Shown piece after piece: positions 17,322-31,360 of a DNA stretch of 64,000 bases (position 1 is its first letter; the number at the start of each line of letters is the position of its first letter). Source of the DNA: Eledone cirrhosa (Eukaryota); assembly GCA_964016885.1 (NCBI GenBank), contig OZ024760.1, positions 33,852,001 through 33,916,000 of the forward strand, written 5' to 3'. A model generated the notes under the pieces. It was not told where the DNA came from. It made no database searches and saw nothing but the letters and a program-made list of their open reading frames with translations. The position numbers and the translations under genes were made by a program.

Positions 17322-18831
17322 GGGATACATGATATGAAGCTTAAAAAACACTTGTGAATAGTGAAGTTTTAAATCAACATATGAAAAATAATTTAAGATT
17401 GATGTATGAGATTGGGAAAAAGTGAGGGGCGGGGTGGAAAAGGTAAGGAAGAGGAGGAGATGAGAGTAAAGAATGGTGGGGAGGAGTATAAGAAGGAAGG
17501 ATGAGAGAGGAGGAGAGATGGGTGATAGAGAGAGAGAGAGATAGCCTTTACAACTGAGAAAAATATATAAATTGTCTCACAGGGAGAAGTTAAAAAGCCG
17601 TTGGAAGATAATAGATAATTTAAAAGAATTTGAAATTAAAAGTTAATGAGGTTTATGCATGAAGAGAAAAAGGAATTAAGAATAATATTAAATTAAGGTT
17701 TGTATATTGAAGGGTTTAATAATATGTGCGAGGAAAAGAAATTATTAATATGTATTATTAAAATAAAAATATTAATGTTATTAAGGATATAATGTGAAAA
17801 GAAGGAGAAGAATGAATGAGTTATGAATTTAGAGGAATTAGTTAGGGTTTAAATTTGTTTTTATGTAATGTAATATGTGTGCGTAATATGTGTACGTAAA
17901 TAGTTTGCTTAAAAATGTGCGCTGAAGGCAAAGAAGAAAAGAATGTTTAAGGAAGAAAATATCTAACATCAAAAAATATATATGTTTACAAAATATTTTC
18001 TAATGGTAATAATATAATATATTAAAAGAAATTAGTTAGGGTTTAAGTTTGTTTTTATGTATTGTAATATGTAAAAGTCAAACTAGCAAGAAAGGATGAG
18101 ATAAGAGATTTAAGGAAGAAAAATCTAACGTAAAAAAAAGTTTATGTTTACGAAGGACTATTAAAGGTAATACTATAATGTATTAAAAAAATAATAATAT
18201 TTTTTATGGCCAATGATATGAGGAAAGATGGAAGAATGGATAATGTGGTGGTGAGTAATAATAAGAATTGAGAAGTAGTTAGGAAGAAAAAGTACAGATT
18301 AGAGGTTAGAAATTAAAAAGAAAAGAGGAAGAAAGGAAAGTGATAAAGAGGAATGATATAGAATGAGTAACTTGTATTATATGATATATAATAAATAATA
18401 TTGAAATAAGGTAGAAAGATGGGTATATTTTTAAAAGATATATAAGCCTTTGAGAAAAAGGATTTTAAACTAGTAAGGTATTAGATATTAACCACCTCTT
18501 CTACGGCCTTGATATAAATACCCCCTCCGCCTCCGTGGTATTTTTTTCAGGGTTATAAGAGGCTTAGCTCTGTTTCTTGACCGCTGTATCACGTGATTGA
18601 CTCCCCTTCCGCCTTTCGGGATTCTATCTCGCATCTTACGTACGTGTTTTGAAAGCCTTAATGAGGTATCCTCTTGATAAGTCGGCAGACATCATAAAAA
18701 TTCTATATCTCTGTGATGTCGTGTTTTTGCATAATATGCCACGATACTACGTAGTCGGGGATTAAAGAAGCAGTTGGGTATGATATATCTTATTACTAAT
18801 TATATCTAATGTTTCTTCTCTCTTCATAATG

Positions 18832-18868
<37 letters not shown>

Positions 18869-18913
18869 CATATATATAGGTATATAGATATAGGTATATA
18901 TATATATACATAT

Positions 18914-18999
<86 letters not shown>

Positions 19000-19119
19000 G
19001 TATATATATAGAGAGATAGATAGATAGTGTAGTATAGACACTTGCTAAATGCTAAAGTTGAGGAATGTTTTACATATTTCCAGAGTTCCATTAATGGATT
19101 GTAATTGTAACTTGCTATT

Positions 19120-19370
19120 TATATATCCCTTTTATATATACACCTCTTATATATATATACACCCCATTTATATATATATATATATATATACACCTTTTAT
19201 ATATATATACACCCCATTTATATATATACACCTCTTATATATAAATACCCCATTTATATATATACACCTCTTATATATATACACCCCATTTATATATAAA
19301 TATACACCTCTTACATATATACATCTCTTATATACACCCCATTTATATACATATATACCCCTTTTATATA
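19120..19370. repeat. minisatellite (TA)n-CACCTCTT / (TA)n-CACCCCATTT
   Basis: Roughly a dozen alternating short units. Confidence 0.8.
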
Positions 19371-19452
19371 GATCAGTTTCTTACATTCACTGCTGAGGTA
19401 GTTAGGTGCATATCCAAAACTGTGTGTATATATGTACATATGAATGTATAAG

Positions 19453-19485
<33 letters not shown>

Positions 19486-19659
19486 ATATACATGTGTGTG
19501 TGTATGTATGTTTGTATGTATATATATATATATATAAATATGTGTGTGTGTATGAATGTATGTGTGTATATATATATATATGTATATATGTTTGTATGTA
19601 TATATATGTATATATATATGTATGTATGTATGTATGTATATATATATGTATATATATAT

Positions 19660-19712
<53 letters not shown>

Positions 19713-19753
19713 TTCCAAATATTAACACAATAGATATTCTTGTGATCAATTAT

Positions 19754-19818
19754 ATTTTATTATACATATTTCAGAGGTACTGAATTAAGTTCAACAGTAC
19801 GTCCTCATCAGATAAAAT
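19754..19818 (-). ncRNA. type I hammerhead ribozyme
   Basis: Mirror of 22155-22219. Confidence 0.78.
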
Positions 19819-22154
19819 AAAATGATACATGACGTACCCTGACATTGTAGATGGTTAAGATTTAATCAAGGTAGTGATTAACTTATGACAAAACTCAATA
19901 TTTATACCCTAATATTGAGAACATGAGAAAACGTAATTCAAACAATAGAGAGAGTGTGAGTAATATATTTTAAAAAATACATGGTATCAATATAACAGTT
20001 ATAGAATTTTTAGTATTTAAAATCTACTAGAGAAATAGGAGGGAAAGGAAAGCATAGAGGAAGAGATAGCTGATGTGATAACTTATTTAGTATTTAGCTT
20101 GAGAAGACAGATGAAAGATGATTACAGAGAGAGACAAAGGGAAGTAATTTATGCTCAAGTTTCTACACACACAGAATCTTATATAATATAATTGGCGGTT
20201 AATTTTCAAAATATTTAATTTATGTTATTTCAGGGTAAAGAATCAAATTTTAGGTTTTAAAAGTTAATAGGTATTGTTAAATTTCTAAAATTCAAATTTT
20301 ATGAAAACAAATTTAAAGGATTTACGAAACCCGTGAAAGAAAGAAAATATACATATAATGTTCCATATCCCCACGAAGGTAATATTTACCAAAATTACTT
20401 ATAATATTGACTACAGTTTCTATAATATAATTTATAAGATATTTATAGTTATAACTATTAAAGAATTTATTGTTAAATAGTTTGAGTGCCTAAAGTATCA
20501 ACAGGCCTTATAATTAAACTTAAAGAAGTCAGAATTTTCAACTATATATATGTATTGATCATAATATACCAAGATTATAGTTTATTACTTGTTCATATAT
20601 TGAATTAAGTAAATGATTATATATTTAAAACAGAGACAGAAAAATAAAGATCTGAATCAAAGTTAAAAATATCCAAAAAATCATAGGGTATGCATATCCA
20701 TCAAGTAAACAAGTTATCAAACAAGTGTTATTCATTCAAACATTAATTCCATTATAAATGATTAGAAGATAAAGCATTACTAAAGTATTATAAATCGTTA
20801 TGACTTATATGTTCAACAGTTGATGATAGACGTCGAAAATCAGGCTTGATTACTTACTGTTTTTCCTGACTTTTTGCGAGGCTATATAATTTAGATATCT
20901 AATATATAGTTTAGATATCTAACTTGTAAATTTACTGATTATAATTTGAACTGTGGATCATTCATGCGTTTGCATATTTTATATATATATATATTTTACT
21001 CATTTTGAGATGGTTTTGGGGGACTCAGAAAGTTGGATTTGCACTTTGTTTGTTTATGTATATTTAACAAACCATAATAGCTGACAATTATTGCTCTATC
21101 TCTCCACTGAACTGGAGGTAATACTACTAACAATTATTATAATTATTATTCTTTATTAAATATATACCGTTTCATTAATACCTATAATTATATCTATATA
21201 TAGTTTGTACAAATATCTTTATCTAGTGTAATAACATAATCGTAGTTACATTTATAATTAATTTAAACACTCAAATGACATTATTATAGGTGTTTGGTTT
21301 TCCCTGGAAGGTCGAACTTATATAATCATTTACTTAATACAATATATGAACAAATAATAACCTATAATATTGGTATATTATGATCAATACATATATATAG
21401 TTGAAAATTCTGACTTCTTTAAGTTTAATTATAAAGCCTGTTGATACTTTAGGCACTCAAACTATTTAACAATAAATTCTTTAATAGTTATAACTATAAA
21501 TATCTTATAAATTATATTATAGAAACTGTAGTCAATATTATAAGTAATTTTGGTAAAGATTATCTTCGTGGGGATATGGAACATTATATGTATATTTTCT
21601 TTCTTTCTCAGGTTTCATAAATCCTTTAAATTTGTTTTCATAAAATTTGAATTTTAGAAATTTAACATAATTATATTATAATATTAATACAAATATCTAT
21701 TAACTTTTAAAACCTAAAATTTGATTCTTTACCCTGAAATAACATAAATTAAATATTTTGAAAATTAACCGCCAATTATATTATATAAGATTCTGTGTGT
21801 GTAGAAACTTGAGCATAAATTACTCCCATTTGTCTCTCTCTCTCTCTGTAATCATCTTTCATCTGTCTTCTCAAGCTAAATACTAAATAAGTTATCACAT
21901 CAGCTATCTCTTCCTCTATGCTTTCCTTTCCCTCCTATTTCTCTGGTAGTTTTTAAATACTAAAAATTCTATAACTGTTATATTGATGCCATGTATTTCT
22001 TAAAATATATTACTCACACTCTCTCTATTGTTTGAATTACGTTTTCTCATGTTCTCACTATTAGGGTATAAATATAGAGTTTTGTCATAAGTTAATCACT
22101 ACCTTGATTAAAACTTAACCATGTACCATGTCAGGGTACGTCATTTATCATTTT

Positions 22155-22219
22155 ATTTTATCTGATGAGGACGTACTGTGGAATTTAATTCAGTACCTCT
22201 GAAATATGTATAATAAAAT
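22155..22219 (+). ncRNA. type I hammerhead ribozyme
   Basis: attttat-CTGATGA-ggacgtactg...cagtacctct-GAAA-tatgtaTA-ataaaat. Confidence 0.8.
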
Positions 22220-22359
22220 ATAATTGATCACAAGAATATCTATTTTGTTAATATTTGGAATTAATATTAATAACTCTGGAACAAAATTTTACTGTAGTGT
22301 GTTTCCAATCTATTGTAAAACTCATTCTTTGATGTATTCATTGAATCTTGTTTAACTCT

Positions 22360-22419
<60 letters not shown>

Positions 22420-22424
<5 letters not shown>

Positions 22425-25400
22425 GATAAAAAGGACGATTGATTATTCCTTCATTGCATTTATTGATAGGTGACGCGCGTTTCGCCACTGATCAGCTCAA
22501 GGTTCGATCTATATCGATCCTACCCGACTCAATAATCGGCAGCTCGACGGACCCTCTTAAAATGCTATAAGAAAATGAAATACATGCTATGTGGTAAAGT
22601 CAGAGTTTCAAGAGTTTGACAAAATGAGTTTGTAGTGTATATGGGGGTGGGTGTGATGGTGAGATGTTGGTGACGGTCTGTGGATGAGGTGGGCTGTGGT
22701 GTGGTGGTGGTGGGTTGGCCTTGGCGTGTAGAGTATGTGGGGGTGGATGTGATGATATGGTGGTGGTTAAGGTTATTTAGTGGGATGGGCTGTGGTATGA
22801 GGTTAGTGGATTGTCAGTAGACGGGTTGAGGTGTGGGTGGGGGTGTGGTAGTGGTGCCGTTGTCTATGGTAACGGCGTTTGTGGTGGTGTGGTGGATGTA
22901 TTGGTGGCGTCACGTCCTTACATAGATACATAGTTAGACGCTCTTCGTCTGACAGATACCTTGTATATACGTATACGTACACATATATATGTATATATGT
23001 GCACATATATTGTTGTATAAACACACACAACATAAAACACATACGCACATCCATCCCCACACATATCGGCATACGCTCACACACAGCCATATGTATATGT
23101 ACACACATGTATGTGTATGCGCGCATGCGGACACGAATATGGAGAGTGGGGGAGTATCGGTGGGGGCGGCGAACGACAGAGATGGGAGGAAGGTGAGAGG
23201 CAATGTAGAAGGTGTTTTACATATATACACATACACATACATACACATGGGTATGGGCACATGGACTCACACACACGTATACTCACACATATATATATAT
23301 ACATATATATATATATACACACACATGTACCGACAACACACACATACACGCACATATACACATACATGCACATATATGAGCTCACCTACACATACAGTCA
23401 GATTTTCCCATATACATATATGTAGATGTACACATACACACACATACATACACATACATATATACACACACATACACATATGCATACACATACACATATA
23501 TATACAGATATATATATACACACACATAGACATATGCATACACGTGTTCACATACACACACACACACATACACATAAATTTGCGTACACGCACGCACACT
23601 TAAAACGCCCGTATGAGTAAAAATACTTACACACAGACACACACACTATTGTTGGTTGGGGAGTGGAGGTATGTGTTGTCGGTGTTGATGAAGTATGGAG
23701 TTGTGTTTTGTGGTGGTGGTGGTGGTGGAGTTGTGAGGGACAAAAATATATATACCGGATCGAATACCGGTTAAAAGGTGACATAGGGAACGCGGGGAAA
23801 AGCGTTTATGGACGTACGGCGATGTGTGTTGTGGACATGGTGATGGTGGTGGTGCTGGGGTGATATGTTCGACAAGATGATTACATGATCAGAGGTTACG
23901 GTGTGTTATATGGTAGGCAGACGGAGGGTGGGGGATATATAATACAGTCGATTTGGGAGCGAGGGATGATGTGTTGATGATGTTAATGATAATGATTGTT
24001 GAAGTATGTGGATGTATTTAGTGGTGGCGGTGGTTGTGTGTGCGTGCGACAGTACAGTTACAGGGTCGAATTTAGCGTGGGGTTGTAGGTTAGGGTAGAT
24101 AGAGGGAACTTGGGGGGATGAGGTTGTAGGCGTGTATGGTATGCACATGGCGATGTGTGGTGTGGTGGTGGTGGCGATGGTGTGATATGATCGACATTGT
24201 ATTTACAAGGTCCCTTGTCATTGTGGATTGCAAGGTAGAACGTATCATAGGATACCGATTTAATACGATGTTGCAACTATGAGGTGTGTATGTTGATGTG
24301 AATTTTGGTGGTGGTGATGGTGATGTGTGCGGCATGATGTACAAATGTGGGCTTAGAAATGGTAACATGGAGTACAATACAATAAGTTCATTGAGGTGGG
24401 CGATGTTGAGACGGGGTTTAGGTGGTTATTAATATGGTGTGTCGTGGTTAGTGTGATTTTAGGTGTGGGTTATGTATGCGGCATGATATACAAAATACGG
24501 GCTTACGTATGGTTAAATTCAATGCAATGAAATAAGATAAAGTGAAGTTAGATTAGAATTAAAGTTCGTTGAGATGGGCGATGGTGATACGGGGCAGGTG
24601 TGGTTATTATTATGGTGGATCATGGTTAGTGCGTGGTCTTCCCGCAAAAGTTTGTGCAGAAAAGGTGTGCATCCTAGTGTGTCTGCAATTGACAATTATG
24701 TCCGACCTATAGTTTATAGTTTAATTATTTCCGCCGCCTCAGCTAGGCATAATCTGCAGTGGTTTCTGTCACTGGGGATGTATGCCACACGTCTTTTTAC
24801 TGACCACGAGATCCGGGGTTCAATATTCCTGTCCTTGAGGTCCCAGATCAGATCGGCCAGTTTTGTTTGGGGTCGTTTCGATCTATGTTTGAAGGAGCTT
24901 CTGTGGTTATACCAGCGCTCCTTAAACGTAGTGGATGTCGCACCTATATATGAGTACTCCTTATTGCCGGCAGTGACATCGCACCGGTAAACAATATTCT
25001 TAACGAGGCAATCCCCGTTTAGTGGGCATTCGTCTCGTTTTTTGCAGTTGCATTTGGGAGTAACCGGTGCAGTGAAACGTTGGCGGTTGGTGTCGTGCGG
25101 TGTTGGTGTGGTGTGTGTGTTGTTGTGTTGTGTTGTGTGTGTGTGGTTTCGTTCTGGGTTGTGGTGGTGGTTTGTTGGGGGGAAACCATGTGTTTTTGTA
25201 TTTTTGCCCTATTATTGTGTGCTATAGTGTGGCCTAGGTTTGGTGCTGTGGAGAAAGAGAATGTTACGGTGTGTTTATTGAAGAGCTTGTGGTATTTGTG
25301 TGTGTGTGGAAAAGATTGTTCGAGGGCCCTGAAAAAGGTTCCAGGTATGTTAGTGGCGACGTGTATAGAATAGGGAGGGGGGTATACCACGTGACAGGTC

Positions 25401-26372
25401 TACTTCGGTTTATGCGTTGTTTAGGGAGTTTGTGTGTGTTTTGGTCAGGCGTGTGTTTCAAATAAGTTCCAGGTAATCTATTGGCGTTATGTTCCTTGTC
25501 TCTATTGGTACGCAAACGTGTGCGATAGTCGGAGTTGTTATTGGGACCGGAGAGTATGGCTTTATCTCCTAGACAGTTATGTGTGGGGCTGTCTGCGCTG
25601 CCGGCTAGGGGGCGTCTAAGGTTATTGTGTGTCCTATGTGTGGAGGTTTCTTCTAAGTTCGTTTCTAAGGGTCCTGCTATGTTTAGCTGTGTTGCGGTTC
25701 TATTAGGGTCGATGTAAGAAATATTCTCAGTATAGCCAGCGTTTATAAGTGCGGAGTCATAGTATTCCGCGTGCTGCTTGAAGATGTTTTCGTTGGCCGA
25801 CAGTGTGGACACTCTGTTGGAGACACTTTTAACTATAGAGTTAATTATGCTCTTAGGGTGGTTGGAGTGTCTATTGACGTATCTAAGATTTTCATTAGGT
25901 TTGTGGTATGGACGGTAGAGGCCTGAGTCTAATTCTAGGGTGACGTCTAAGAAGTTAACTGTCCTATTGTTAGGTTCAATTTCTACTGCTAAACCTTGGG
26001 TCTTAAAGATGTACCTAAGTCGTTTGTGTATTCTATTCAGTTGGCTGTTATTGAGTCCACGGGTCATTAGTAGGGCATCATCCCGGTATAAGCCACCGCC
26101 CAAGGAGGGGATCTCGTCCGTTAATATGTTTAGGAGGTATATGCCTACTACATCTGTAACCTGTGCCGAGTCAGTCGATCCCATGGCGATGTCGAAGCTA
26201 TCTGGTCTATTCTGTCGTTCCCAAAGTCTATCGTCGAATTCTAGTAAAGTTTTCCTAGCTGTTATTATTATGTCTACTTCTCTTCTAGTGAGGCTTGATC
26301 TGTTCATGGCTGAGATCAGTGCCTTGTTAAGGATGATTGGGGATATAGATGCGTAGTAGTTCGTAATGTCCA
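22420..26372 (-). mobile_element. 5'-truncated Penelope-like element (Hydra-clade-like) with ~2.2-kb 3' tail
   Basis: RT motifs DITNYY, MGSTDSAQV and YRDD. The endonuclease at ~24626-25060, read manually, is CNCKKRDECPLNGDCLVKNIVY...YIGATSTTFKERWYNH...CRLCLAE. Confidence 0.88.
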
Positions 26373-26377
26373 ATATA

Positions 26378-27850
26378 TATATATTTAAAGGTTAAACAAG
26401 GATCAATGAATAAATCAAAGAATGAGTTTTATTTTCTATTCATTTATGATAGAATTAATGTTAGAATGAAGGGTCCTGTTTAGGTATATAAACATATTAT
26501 TTGTTAACTTGTTCTCTTGATGAATATGCACACCTTTAGATTATTTTAGATATATATAATTTAGATTGGGATCCTTATATATTTGTCTTTGTTTTAAATA
26601 TATAATTTGGATATATAAATTGTAAGATTACCGGTTATCATTCATGCATTTATATATTTTACTCATTTTGGGTATGTTTTGGGATTCAGAAAGTTAGATT
26701 TGTACATATAAATTTATTATATATATTTAGGTATAAATGATACTAGTCGACAAATATTGGTCTTTCTTTCCACTGAACTGGAGGTAAAACTACAATTATA
26801 ACATTACTAATAATGATTGTAATTATTTATTTATTATATGTATATCATTTCACTAATACCTATAATACTCTCTCTATATATTTGAACACATTTTTTATCT
26901 AGTATACTAACATGCTTCTAGTTACATTTATAAGTAATTTAGATACTCAAATGACTCTCTATTGTTATAATTGTTAGATATTTCTTTAATATTCTAAATT
27001 ATATAACGATTATTACTTAATTTAATTTAATTTATTTTAATTAAATTTGGGTTACCTTCGGGTCATTCAAATCCTTAGCTCCTCTTTCCATCATCTTCGT
27101 GGACATTTTAGAAGTGTCGTTTGTCTACTATATAATTTTTTTTTTTTTAAACCCTCTTGCATTTTAAACTATATTTTTTAATATTGGGCACTTTTATGTT
27201 CGCAAACAATTCATTATTTTTACTTTTTTCACTTTTTATTTTGTATCTAGTCCTTATCCTTAGGACTCATGAAGTTTTGACTTGTATATTTATAGTATAT
27301 ATCTATTAAATGATCCTATTACAATAATTGATCTAAAACATTAATTTTAACAATATTTTCAGTAACTTATTTATTATATTGTATTATGTTATGTCTATTT
27401 GAGAGGTATCATTTTAAGTCTTTAGACAATATAATCTTTGTATTTTTTTGATAAACGCATATATGTAATTTAAAATTCAGACTTTTTTAAGTTTAATTAT
27501 AAGGCCTGCTGATCCTTTAGGCATTCAAATTGTTAATCTTAAAATTCTTTAAAAATTATAACTAATTATTTTCTAAATTATATAATATAAACTGTTTTCA
27601 ATATATTATAAATAATTTAATATTATATAATAAATTTAGTAAAGTTTAACTTCGTGAGGTTGTAAAAACATTATGTTTTCTTTCTCGTGTTTGTAAATCC
27701 TTTAAATTTGATTTCATAAAATTTGATTTTAAAAATTAAATATGATAGTATACTTTAATATTAATACAGATATTTATTAACTTTTATAACCTAAAATATT
27801 ATTCATTACTCTGAACTAACTTAAATTAAATGTTTTGAATGTTAACGGTC
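26378..27850 (+). repeat. old AT-rich repeat homologous to 20900-21770 and (inverted) 22270-22345
   Basis: Shared blocks include ctgaactggaggtaa and aagtttaattataa.gcctg.tgat.ctttaggca.tcaaa. Confidence 0.7.
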
Positions 27851-28026
27851 AACCAGATATGTTTAGATATATATTGTATATATGGATAATTGTCTAAAGA
27901 CTTGATATTAACCTTCATATGTATAAACCCAATTATATTTAAAATTCCGATTGATGAATATTTTTAGATATTTCAATAATTCAATGAATTGAGTTTTTTC
28001 CTTTTTCCTTTTTCCTAAAGCTAAGC

Positions 28027-28524
28027 CCAAATGTTGTTTTATTTTAATTTAATATCTCCCTTTATTATTACACTACATTAGTTATTCCTCTTTATCTCTC
28101 TCTCTCTCTCTGTAATCAACTCTCCTTTGTTTTCTGCGCCATCTTGTTTTTGTGTGACAGAACAAATTTTGTTTTATTTTAATTTAATATCTCCCTTTAT
28201 TATTACACTACATTAGTTATTCCTCTTTATCTCTCTATCTCTGTAATCAACTCTCCTTTGTTTTCTACGCCATCTTGTTTTTGTAGGACAGAACAAAGGA
28301 GAGGCACAAAACAAAGAAAAGAATCCCCAGTCACTGAAGAGATCACAGAATGTGTGACGAAAGAACTTTGACAATATATGAACAACCGTCCGGTTGTGGA
28401 ACCAACCAACCAACCGGAAATTTATAAATTCTTAAATTTATAAATTTAATTTATAATAAATTGGAGTGAAAGAAACTGGTGCGTGTGTTTCTTATTGGCA
28501 ACATGACCCTCCCAAAATATAACA

Positions 28525-28525
<1 letters not shown>
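28027..28525 (+). mobile_element. family-B PLE pLTR with duplicated inverted 5' piece
   Basis: 28286-28525 matches 29845-30095. Segments 28030-28165 and 28168-28290 are tandem copies in inverse orientation. Confidence 0.75.
28330..28372 (+). ncRNA. minimal type I HHR
   Basis: gtca-CTGAAGA-g atcac agaatgt gtgac-GAAA-gaacTT-tgac. A second copy lies at 29890-29932. Confidence 0.72.
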
Positions 28526-28560
<35 letters not shown>

Positions 28561-28577
28561 ATGTGTGTGTGCGCGCG

Positions 28578-28726
<149 letters not shown>

Positions 28727-29004
28727 ACACGATACCCAAAACCCAATAAAATAAACTAGTGTTAGTTTTTCTCATTACAGTTAATTAACATACTTATATA
28801 TATATATCTTCTCATGAACAGATCGACCATTCCACCCCCACCATCATATAATCGACCGTTCCATAATAAATTACCAATTCCACCCTCGCTACCCATACCA
28901 TCATATAATTGAATCTTCCATGGTAAATTACCCTTAAACCCCTCACTATCCACACCATCTTATAATGGACTGCGCCAAGGTTTGGCCTTGTATGTTAAGC
29001 TAGT

Positions 29005-29185
29005 GAAGGCGAGTGGCTCAATGGTTAGGAGGTTTGACTGAGAATGGTCCTGTTGAGGGTTGTTTGATCAACGGTGACGTGTTGTGACCTTGAGCAAGAT
29101 ATTTTACTTCACGTTACTCTAATCCACGTAACTGACAAATTATATGTCGTACCTGTAATTTACGGGGCCAGCATTGTCGCATTGC
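29005..29185 (+). mobile_element. degenerate tRNA-derived SINE
   Basis: A box GTGGCTCAATGGTTAG, followed by GTTGTGACCTTGAGCAAGA...TTCACGTT (CORE-like). Confidence 0.65.
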
Positions 29186-29366
29186 AGACCTGCCAACCCA
29201 ATCCCAAACAGTGAGTATCGTGACATAAAGGGCCCCAAAATGGGGAGATTTTACACAATGAAAGCTGCACCCGTTTGTATTACTATGTAATACATACCCT
29301 TTTCAAAGGCCTCCCTGTATAGATAAGAAATGCATAATCTGTAAACTAAGCCCCCATATTAATAGT

Positions 29367-30088
29367 AAAACTAGAAACATAGCATAAGATGTACTGAAGG
29401 AGTACTGTAAAGATAAAAATATAGTGTACATAGGTGACACAGCTCGTAATATAGAAGAACGATTAAATGAACACTGGTGAGAGCTTCAAGATAGAAAAGA
29501 GTCATCAGTACTCCACCAACACGCTAAAATAGAACATAAAGGCAAATTAGAGAACATAGAAATAAAAATAAAATCTACACACAGAAAAGACGCAATGTTT
29601 AGACAAATCACAGAGGCTATAAACATAAATGAACTCCAACCAAAATTAAATAGAAAACATGAATGGAATAGCAACATCACAACTTACAATTAAGGACAAA
29701 ATGAAAACACACGCACATAGAACAAACAACCGACCAGTAACATGTAAATAAACAAATAAATAAACAAATAAAACCACACACAGACACCCGGATGTAACCA
29801 CATGCGCAAACTAAACACACAACACACACAAAAACAAGATGGCGTAGGACAGAACAAAGGAGAGGCACAAAACAAGGAAAAGAATCCCAGTGACTGAAGA
29901 GGTCACAGAATGTGTGACGAAAGAACTTTGACAATATATGAACAACCGTCCGGTTGTGGAACCAACCAACCAACCAACCAGCCGGAAATTCATAAATTGT
30001 TTTAATTTATAATTTAATTTATAATAAATTGGAGTGAAAGCAACTGGTGCGTGTGTTTCTTATTGGCAACATGACCCTCCCAAAGTAT

Positions 30089-30095
<7 letters not shown>
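29367..30095 (+). mobile_element. family-B PLE 3' fragment (GIY-YIG pseudo-ORF + pLTR)
   Basis: YIGDTARNIEERLNEHW*...SVLHQHA...RQITEA...LNRKHEW. The pLTR ends accctcccaaagtataac. Confidence 0.85.
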
Positions 30096-30167
<72 letters not shown>

Positions 30168-30171
<4 letters not shown>

Positions 30172-30967
30172 ACAACTTCTACGTAGGTAGCACTACCAGA
30201 CCACTCCACATAAGAATAAAAGAACACCTCAATACTAACGCTTCCTCATTTAAGAAACACCTAGTTAAATGCAAAAACACCGTCAAAACCATAACAATTA
30301 GGATAGAAACTAAGGAAAGAAATCTCTGCAATCTTAGAATTAAGGAAGCACTAATTATAGATAAAACACAACCACCAATCAATAATAGACTAGAACTCAA
30401 CACCCAATTTATAACCTGATAGAGCTTCTAGCCCCATATTTACACCCCCCACACACACACACACGCACGCACGCACGCACACACACACACGCTTACACCT
30501 CCACTTATTCTCTCTCACACATACACACACAAAACCAGTTCTAACACCTATCCCCCACATTTACGAATAGACTTATCTTCTCACACTCACACACACACAC
30601 ACTCACATACTTACACCTTCATGCATTCTCCCACACACTTAAACAGGCATGTATATAAAAAAAAAAACAAAAAAAAAAACCCTTTTAAAGGGAGACTACT
30701 CTTTATCCACCTAATTTTAACTCTTTGACATTAGAGATAGAACAGATACTCTATACCATTTCCTGTCAGCATGACTTGGCAAGCTACTTAGAACGCTGGT
30801 TTGAGACCTTTATTTTCCTCTGAAGAAGAGATATTATCTCGAAAATTAAGGACATTGAAATAAATCTAAGGTAAAAGACTAATTATCAACAATATCTTTT
30901 GCATTTACATTCTTTATTCTATGTCCATACCTGCATTGTTTTGGCTTTATTATACATATTCAAACGT
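30168..30967 (+). mobile_element. Penelope/Poseidon-like 3' fragment: GIY-YIG (30168-30419) + pLTR
   Basis: CNNFYVGSTTRPLHIRIKEH...LRIKEALIIDKTQPPIN. It starts in (TA)n. Confidence 0.85.
30816..30852 (+). ncRNA. minimal type I HHR
   Basis: tcct-CTGAAGA-a gagat att atctc-GAAA-atTA-agga, with palindromic AATT as stem III. Confidence 0.75.
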
Positions 30968-30993
30968 ATATATATATATATATATATATATGT

Positions 30994-31185
30994 AGATCCC
31001 GGGTTAAATCGGGGATAACCACAGTAAGTAAGGTACTCAGTACATAGCAGAGTAAAAGTAATTTAATATAGAAATGGCTTCTACAGGTCTAGAACTGTTT
31101 CATTCGGAGGAAATCATCAGAAAGCCCTTTCTGATGATTTCCTCCGAATGAAACAGTTCTAGTCCTGTAGAAGCCATTTCTATAT

Positions 31186-31192
<7 letters not shown>
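30994..31192. mobile_element. pLTR tip with fold-back; two opposed HHRs (31076-31127 minus, 31124-31175 plus)
   Basis: Centre gaaatcatcagaaa-gccc-tttctgatgatttc. Same family as 7418 and 48830-49015. Confidence 0.8.
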
Positions 31193-31226
<34 letters not shown>

Positions 31227-31360
31227 TTAGGTTAATAGGAGTTAGGTATTGTATACCCGTGTCCCATTAAGGTATTGGCAGTATAGTAATTAACTCAATG
31301 CTTTGGAGCAGAGCCGTATATATGATAAAGAACACAAGAGCGTCTACAACATCAAACATT

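Larger units (their letters stand above)
13315..18490 (-). mobile_element. near-complete Penelope-like element (Hydra-clade-like) with two ~1.36-kb direct pLTRs
   Basis: Direct repeats 13315-14678 and 17123-18490 flank an RT-GIY-YIG ORF. Confidence 0.93.
19707..22268. repeat. inverted repeat, ~915-bp arms (19707-20622 / 21319-22268), HHR at each outer end
   Basis: The arms align as reverse complements around a ~700-bp spacer. Confidence 0.9.

Noticed and set aside
18488-18634. Arg-rich short ORF ending at the pLTR boundary
   Set aside because: It is only 48 codons from ATG with no motif support.
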